Positions 59,322-64,000 of a DNA stretch of 64,000 nucleotides are shown here, piece by piece. The notes under the pieces are model-generated. The model made no database searches, was not told the origin of the DNA, and saw only the letters and a program-made list of their open reading frames with translations. Numbering within the stretch: position 1 is the stretch's first letter; each line of letters opens with the position of its first letter. The stretch covers positions 186,001 to 250,000 of IMG/VR virus record IMGVR_UViG_3300043436_004687; one strand, given 5' to 3'. Position numbers and translations under genes: made by a program.

Positions 59322-59753
59322 CTAATTACCTTTTATTTCAAAGTATTTATTAATTATTTCTTGTAGTGTTTTTACTTGATGTTCTTCTAGGTTTGTATAT
59401 TCCTTATGAAAATAAGTCATAGTATCCATTTGTTTTATCATCAATTGAGTAATCCCTTTTAAAGCATTTTCTTTTACTTTATTTATTTCTTCTTTTATTA
59501 AATTAGTATCAGCGTTTTCTAACTTAATAAAAGAATACGGTTTAATATATTGAATAAAAGCCTTCCCAACACTTTCAGCCATTTCAAATTTAAGATAGTC
59601 AGTTTTTTTAACGTTTGGGTAGTCATAATTTCCACCATTTGTGAAAATTATATTAAGTTTATTAGTTTCTTTATCATATGTTGATGATAAAATCATTGAA
59701 GATTTATAAAGTACTTTAATTACATCTTCTTGTTCATTTCTAGTAATAATCAT
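59322..59753 (-). CDS. KTSC-domain protein
   Basis: SSMI....YD...L.I.F.NGG.Y.Y.NV...Y..F..AES.GK.F...IK; likely start ATG 59753. Confidence 0.85.
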   Translation of the reverse strand: MIITRNEQEDVIKVLYKSSMILSSTYDKETNKLNIIFTNGGNYDYPNVKKTDYLKFEMAESVGKAFIQYIKPYSFIKLENADTNLIKEEINKVKENALKGITQLMIKQMDTMTYFHKEYTNLEEHQVKTLQEIINKYFEIKGN

Positions 59754-59783
59754 TTTGTAAGTATTTGATTTTAAATTATATTT

Positions 59784-59845
59784 CAAATATAAACAAAATA
59801 ATAATAAAAACAAGTTGTTTATTAAAATTATTTTTAATATCTTTG
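59784..59845. promoter_or_regulatory. Divergent Bacteroidota-type -7 elements for the KTSC and Clp genes
   Basis: TATATTTG on - (59784-59791) and TATCTTTG on + (59838-59845). Confidence 0.6.
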
Positions 59846-59871
59846 CCTTATAATTATTAATATAAGGGTTA

Positions 59872-62349
59872 ATGTATATGAATAAAGAAACTTCGATAAA
59901 AGTAAACTCAATAATGGAGTTAGCATTTGATGAGGCACATAATTATTACGATTCTCAATTGCGTGTAGAACATTTGTTAATGGGTGTATTGATTGATAAT
60001 GATAATGAATGTATAAAATGCTTAAAAAAAATGTCAATTGATACTGAGAATTTATATAATGAAATAAGTCAATATTTAAACACAATTAATATTTCACCTA
60101 AAATAGTTAAAATAAAAAAGGTTCCCCCGACTGAGGAAACCACTAAATTGTTACGTGGTGTTGAAATTGAATCAAATAAAATGAATAGTGAAAAAGTTGA
60201 AATTGAACATTTTTTCCTTTCAATGTTGTTAGTAGATTGTGAGGCAACTAAAATATTAAATAAAATAAATGTAAATTATAATAATTTTAAAAAAACGCTT
60301 ATGGCATTATCAGAACTAGAAGAAGAGGAAGGTGTAAATAATCTTAGAAACAGCTCAGCCAAATATAAAGGGAAGGCTAATAGTTCTACAACACCAGTTT
60401 TAGATGGTTTTTGTAGGGATATAACTAAATTGGCTTCGGAGGGTAAAATTGATGAAGTTATTGGTAGAGAAAAAGAAATTAAAAGAATTACTCAAATATT
60501 AAGTAGAAAAACCAAAAAAAATGCAATATTAGTTGGTCTTGCTGGAGTTGGTAAAAGTGCCGTTGTTGAGGGTCTCGCATTAATGATTTCAAATAAAACA
60601 GCACCTAGAGTGTTATTGGATAAAAAAATATATACATTAGATATCAATTCAATTGTTGCTGGAACTAAATATCGTGGTCAATTTGAAGAAAGAATGAAAT
60701 TAATTGTGGATGAAGCTAAAGAAAACCCAGAAATAATTTTATTTATTGATGAAATTCATACAATTGTTGGTAGTGGAAATTCTTCTGGAGGGTTGGACGT
60801 TTCAAATATACTTAAACCAGCTTTAGCTAGAGGTGAGTTGCAAATTATTGGTGCAACTACTTTAGATGAGTATAGAGAAAATATAGAAAAAGATAAAGCT
60901 TTATCAAGAAGATTCCAACAAGTTATGATTGAAGAACCTAATTTTGAGGAAACAATAATAATATTAAATAATATTAAAGAAAAATTTGAACAATATCACA
61001 AGGTCCAATATTCAGAAGAGGTAATATTAGAATGTGTCAGATTGGCTGATAGGTATATCAATGATAGGGCAATGCCAGATAAAGCAATTGATATTTTAGA
61101 TGAAGTTGGTGCTGCAACTAATGTTAGTTTAGAAGTACCAAAAGAAATTGTTTTATTGGAGGAAGAAATAAAACAATTGGATTTAAAAAAATTGGAAATT
61201 GTACAAAAACAATTATATGAACAAGCAACAACTCTAAGAGACAATCAGAGAGATAAAACTGATAAATTAGAAAAATTAAAAACTAATTGGTTAAATAAAT
61301 TAAAAAATGAAAAAACACCGATAACCGTTGAAATGATTTGTGATGTTGTTTCTATGATGACTGGGATACCAGTTTCAAAAACCAATAGTGAAGAAAATAA
61401 AAAACTTTCTAATATGGAAAGTAATTTGAATAAAATAGTTATAGGTCAAGAAAATGCAATTTCTAAAATTACTAAAGCTGTTAGGAGAAGCAAAGCTAGG
61501 ATCAAACAAAATACAAAACCTTCAACCTTTATTTTTTTAGGTTCTACTGGAACTGGAAAAAGTATGTTAGCAAAAGAATTAGCTAAAATGGTTTATGGTG
61601 GTGTTGATAATATGATTAGATTTGATATGTCTGAATTTATGGAGAAACATACCATATCTAAACTAATCGGTTCTCCAGCTGGTTATGTCGGTTATGAAGA
61701 AGGTGGTAAATTAACTGAAGCTGTAAAGAATAAACCATATTCTGTGGTGTTATTTGATGAAATTGAAAAGGCCCATCCAGATATATTTAACATTCTATTA
61801 CAAGTTTTAGATGAAGGTAGATTAACTGACAGTCTTGGTAAAACAGTTGATTTTAAAAATACTATAATAATATTAACTTCTAATGTAGGTGTTGCTGAAT
61901 TATCTAGTTTTGGTAGTGGTGTTGGTTTTAAAACTGGTTCTTCTGTTTTAATGGAAGAAGAAAACAAAAAAGCTTTTTTAGAAAAAGCTTTAAAGAAAAA
62001 GTTTGCCCCAGAATTTTTAAATAGGATTGATGAAGTAATAGTGTTCAATTCCCTAAGTGAGGTTAATATTCAAAATATAATTTCAAATGAAATTAATGAA
62101 CTTTCAAATGGGTTATTAGAATCTGGTTATAATTTAAAAATAAGTAAATCAGCTTTAGAATTTATAGGTAAAGAAGGGTATCATCAAGAATATGGTGCTA
62201 GACCATTAAAAAGAGCAATTCAAAGATTAGTAGAGGATCCAATTACTGATGAATTACTAGATGAAAAAATTAGTAAAGGTGATACCATTAAAGTAAGTTT
62301 TGATAAAACCAATAATAAAATAGTAGTTTCAATTGAAAAGTGTAATTAA
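59872..62349 (+). CDS. clpC: ClpC/ClpA-type AAA+ chaperone ATPase
   Basis: Clp-N repeats; GLAGVGKS and LFIDEIH; short UVR-like middle domain; GSTGTGKS and LFDEIEKAHP; GVGF ClpP-binding loop; YGARPL.R. Confidence 0.92.
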   Translation: MYMNKETSIKVNSIMELAFDEAHNYYDSQLRVEHLLMGVLIDNDNECIKCLKKMSIDTENLYNEISQYLNTINISPKIVKIKKVPPTEETTKLLRGVEIESNKMNSEKVEIEHFFLSMLLVDCEATKILNKINVNYNNFKKTLMALSELEEEEGVNNLRNSSAKYKGKANSSTTPVLDGFCRDITKLASEGKIDEVIGREKEIKRITQILSRKTKKNAILVGLAGVGKSAVVEGLALMISNKTAPRVLLDKKIYTLDINSIVAGTKYRGQFEERMKLIVDEAKENPEIILFIDEIHTIVGSGNSSGGLDVSNILKPALARGELQIIGATTLDEYRENIEKDKALSRRFQQVMIEEPNFEETIIILNNIKEKFEQYHKVQYSEEVILECVRLADRYINDRAMPDKAIDILDEVGAATNVSLEVPKEIVLLEEEIKQLDLKKLEIVQKQLYEQATTLRDNQRDKTDKLEKLKTNWLNKLKNEKTPITVEMICDVVSMMTGIPVSKTNSEENKKLSNMESNLNKIVIGQENAISKITKAVRRSKARIKQNTKPSTFIFLGSTGTGKSMLAKELAKMVYGGVDNMIRFDMSEFMEKHTISKLIGSPAGYVGYEEGGKLTEAVKNKPYSVVLFDEIEKAHPDIFNILLQVLDEGRLTDSLGKTVDFKNTIIILTSNVGVAELSSFGSGVGFKTGSSVLMEEENKKAFLEKALKKKFAPEFLNRIDEVIVFNSLSEVNIQNIISNEINELSNGLLESGYNLKISKSALEFIGKEGYHQEYGARPLKRAIQRLVEDPITDELLDEKISKGDTIKVSFDKTNNKIVVSIEKCN

Positions 62350-62833
62350 TGAACTTTATTTAGATGAAGTTAAATTTAGGAGAGAGTATAAAAGACATTT
62401 AATAAATCAATTTAGAAGAAGGAAAAAATTTGTTAAACTAAAAAAATCAATTGAAGTATTTTCGCAAGAAGATATAAATAAAATTTTATTTGGTACAACT
62501 CTTTCAGAAGTTATAGGAAGGTACACTCATTTAACTCCAACCAAAAATGGTAATTATTATGGTAGATGTCCTTTTTGTAGAGATTTGGGGATGAATAAAA
62601 GATCATTTAGGGTTTCTAATTTAAAAAATAGGTGGAAATGTTTTGGTTGTGGGGATGGGGGTTGTTTTACAGTTGGTTTTATAAAGAAATATTATAATAT
62701 CGCTTTTGATAAAGCCTTAAGATTCATAAACAATGAGATTACAATTAAAAAAATAAAGTTAGAAAGCATTGCCGTGGTAAGGTCACGTTTGAAGGCCAAT
62801 AGAGGGAGTGAAGATAATGGATTACCATTTTAG
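62333..62833 (+). CDS. Stand-alone primase-type (CHC2-like) zinc-finger protein
   Basis: Y.G.CPFC...SF.V....WKCFGCG.GG...FI; no TOPRIM domain. Confidence 0.8.
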   Translation: MKSVINELYLDEVKFRREYKRHLINQFRRRKKFVKLKKSIEVFSQEDINKILFGTTLSEVIGRYTHLTPTKNGNYYGRCPFCRDLGMNKRSFRVSNLKNRWKCFGCGDGGCFTVGFIKKYYNIAFDKALRFINNEITIKKIKLESIAVVRSRLKANRGSEDNGLPF

Positions 62834-62937
62834 TAATTCCCATAAATAAACAATTGATTTAACCACTAGATTGTTTTGTAAACCCATTAATTTAATTATT
62901 AGTGGGTTATTTTTATCTAATATATTATAGAAACAAC

Positions 62938-62969
62938 AAAACTCCTTATTAAATTTAATAAGGAGTTTT
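62938..62969. terminator. Palindromic bidirectional terminator
   Basis: Perfect 32-bp palindrome aaaactccttattaaa|tttaataaggagtttt between convergent genes. Confidence 0.85.
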
Positions 62970-62990
62970 AATAATTTAATTAAGATTTAA

Positions 62991-63158
62991 TTATTTTGAT
63001 TTCTGAATTTTAGCTTCAAGAATTGCTTTAGCCTTTTCTCTATTTTCTTGGATCCATTTCTTTTTCTCCAATGGTAATTGCGCAGCTACTGCTTCTTTAA
63101 CTATATTATCAATTAAATCAACTAATTCACTTTCTGCTAATTTTACAACTTTTGACAT
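62991..63158 (-). CDS. Small protein (55 aa; absent from the ORF track), possible internal head peptide
   Basis: MSKVVKLAESELVDLIDNIVKEAVAAQ...; TATTTAT motif at 63176-63182. Confidence 0.75.
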   Translation of the reverse strand: MSKVVKLAESELVDLIDNIVKEAVAAQLPLEKKKWIQENREKAKAILEAKIQKSK

Positions 63159-63204
63159 ATTAAATATATTTTATTATAAATATGTTGTTATTTAGTAAAA
63201 GTTC

Positions 63205-63918
63205 TCATATATTAACTAATTCATTCAATAAATCTTCATTATGAATGTTATATTTCTCTAAAAGGTTTTTTATTTTAAGTTTTTTAGTTGCTTCAGTCAA
63301 ATCTTTTGGGCAAAGTAATTTAAATTCTGTGCTTTTACTATTAAATAATTTCCTATATTTTGTATCAATAGCTTCCCAAAGTTCATTGTATTTAAATTCT
63401 TTAGAAAGTTTTATTATGTCACTCAAAACATAATTCATTGATTCATAATTATAAATTTTACCAGTTGATGCTATCTGTATTCCATAATCTAATATTCTTA
63501 GAGAATGGAATATTGATTTTAAACCAGCGTTCAAATCATAATCACCTAAAACAATTATTTTTTTCTTTCCCTTTACCCAGGAGTTTGAAGAAATTGTTGA
63601 AATGCTAGTTCTAAGTTTTGTTTTATCTAAATTAAAGTTAAAAAGTTTTATTTTATCTTTAACAATAATTATATCCTTGGCTTTTAAAAACAAACATTCT
63701 AGTGTTTGGATTTCATGAATATCAATTAAACTTTGAAATTGTTCAATTGTGTAGCAATGTATGTTAATGTCATGGGTTTCAAAATATTCTTTAGCAATAA
63801 TTATAAAATCTTCATCAGAATCTTCGTTAGCTGTGTTGTAAACAATCGAACCAAAACGATAAATACATCTTACATTGTCATCATCAATATATTTCTCAAT
63901 TAAAAAATTTTTAGTCAT
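63205..63918 (-). CDS. Pol-beta-superfamily nucleotidyltransferase
   Basis: YRFGSIVY......SDEDF (GS...DxD). Confidence 0.85.
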   Translation of the reverse strand: MTKNFLIEKYIDDDNVRCIYRFGSIVYNTANEDSDEDFIIIAKEYFETHDINIHCYTIEQFQSLIDIHEIQTLECLFLKAKDIIIVKDKIKLFNFNLDKTKLRTSISTISSNSWVKGKKKIIVLGDYDLNAGLKSIFHSLRILDYGIQIASTGKIYNYESMNYVLSDIIKLSKEFKYNELWEAIDTKYRKLFNSKSTEFKLLCPKDLTEATKKLKIKNLLEKYNIHNEDLLNELVNI

Positions 63919-64000
63919 ATTTAAATTCAGTTATGTGGTTACTATTAACCATAATTTGTACTAAATCATTATTTTCAATGAATTGTGGGTAAAGAGTTAT
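63911..64000 (-). CDS. C-terminal fragment of a gene entering from the right edge
   Basis: Open frame ITLYPQFIENNDLVQIMVNSNHITEFKYD*, overlapping the next start by 8 nt. Confidence 0.5.
   Translation of the reverse strand: MTLYPQFIENNDLVQIMVNSNHITEFKYD

Noticed and set aside
4075-63433. Many short ORFs antisense to long genes in the ORF track (e.g. 4075-4317, 9929-10264, 44527-44805, 49964-50344, 61692-62048)
   Set aside because: They are shadow frames of well-supported genes on the other strand, with Ser/Leu/Phe-rich mirror composition and no recognisable motifs.
1-64000. Genome-wide stop-codon reassignment (TAG or TGA)
   Set aside because: Core genes are full length in code 11, and both TAG (e.g. 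22493, 29796, 62833) and TGA (37187, 40611) end genes at sensible positions.

Overview
A 64-kb, very AT-rich segment of a large T4-like (myovirus-type) jumbo phage read in genetic code 11. Bacteroidota-type TAnnTTTG promoters suggest a Bacteroidota host. From left to right it holds: a truncated family-B DNA polymerase; a second, nuclease-less terminase-like ATPase; a GH19 endolysin; a tail-fibre block; an accessory block (about seven glycosyltransferases, one with an intein, an LpxA-like acyltransferase, dUTPase, GMP reductase/IMPDH, PhoH, HAD nucleotidase); a gp55-like late sigma factor; baseplate genes; an initiator tRNA; the head module (MCP, scaffold, prohead protease, portal, terminase); and a ClpC-type ATPase. 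The best candidate for an undescribed system is a self-contained unit at 22495-23375: host-type promoter, then a DIP1984-like coiled-coil gene, then a ~265-nt highly structured non-coding RNA showing tandem GUAA repeats in a loop, then a terminator. Other unexplained signals are a second small structured RNA at 28438-28557, a probable -1 frameshift on an A10 tract fusing two head-region ORFs, a 21-bp perfect inverted repeat carrying the putative late-promoter motif on both arms at the end of the sigma gene, and a family of loop-less perfect palindromes. All family assignments come from motif recognition by eye; no searches were run.
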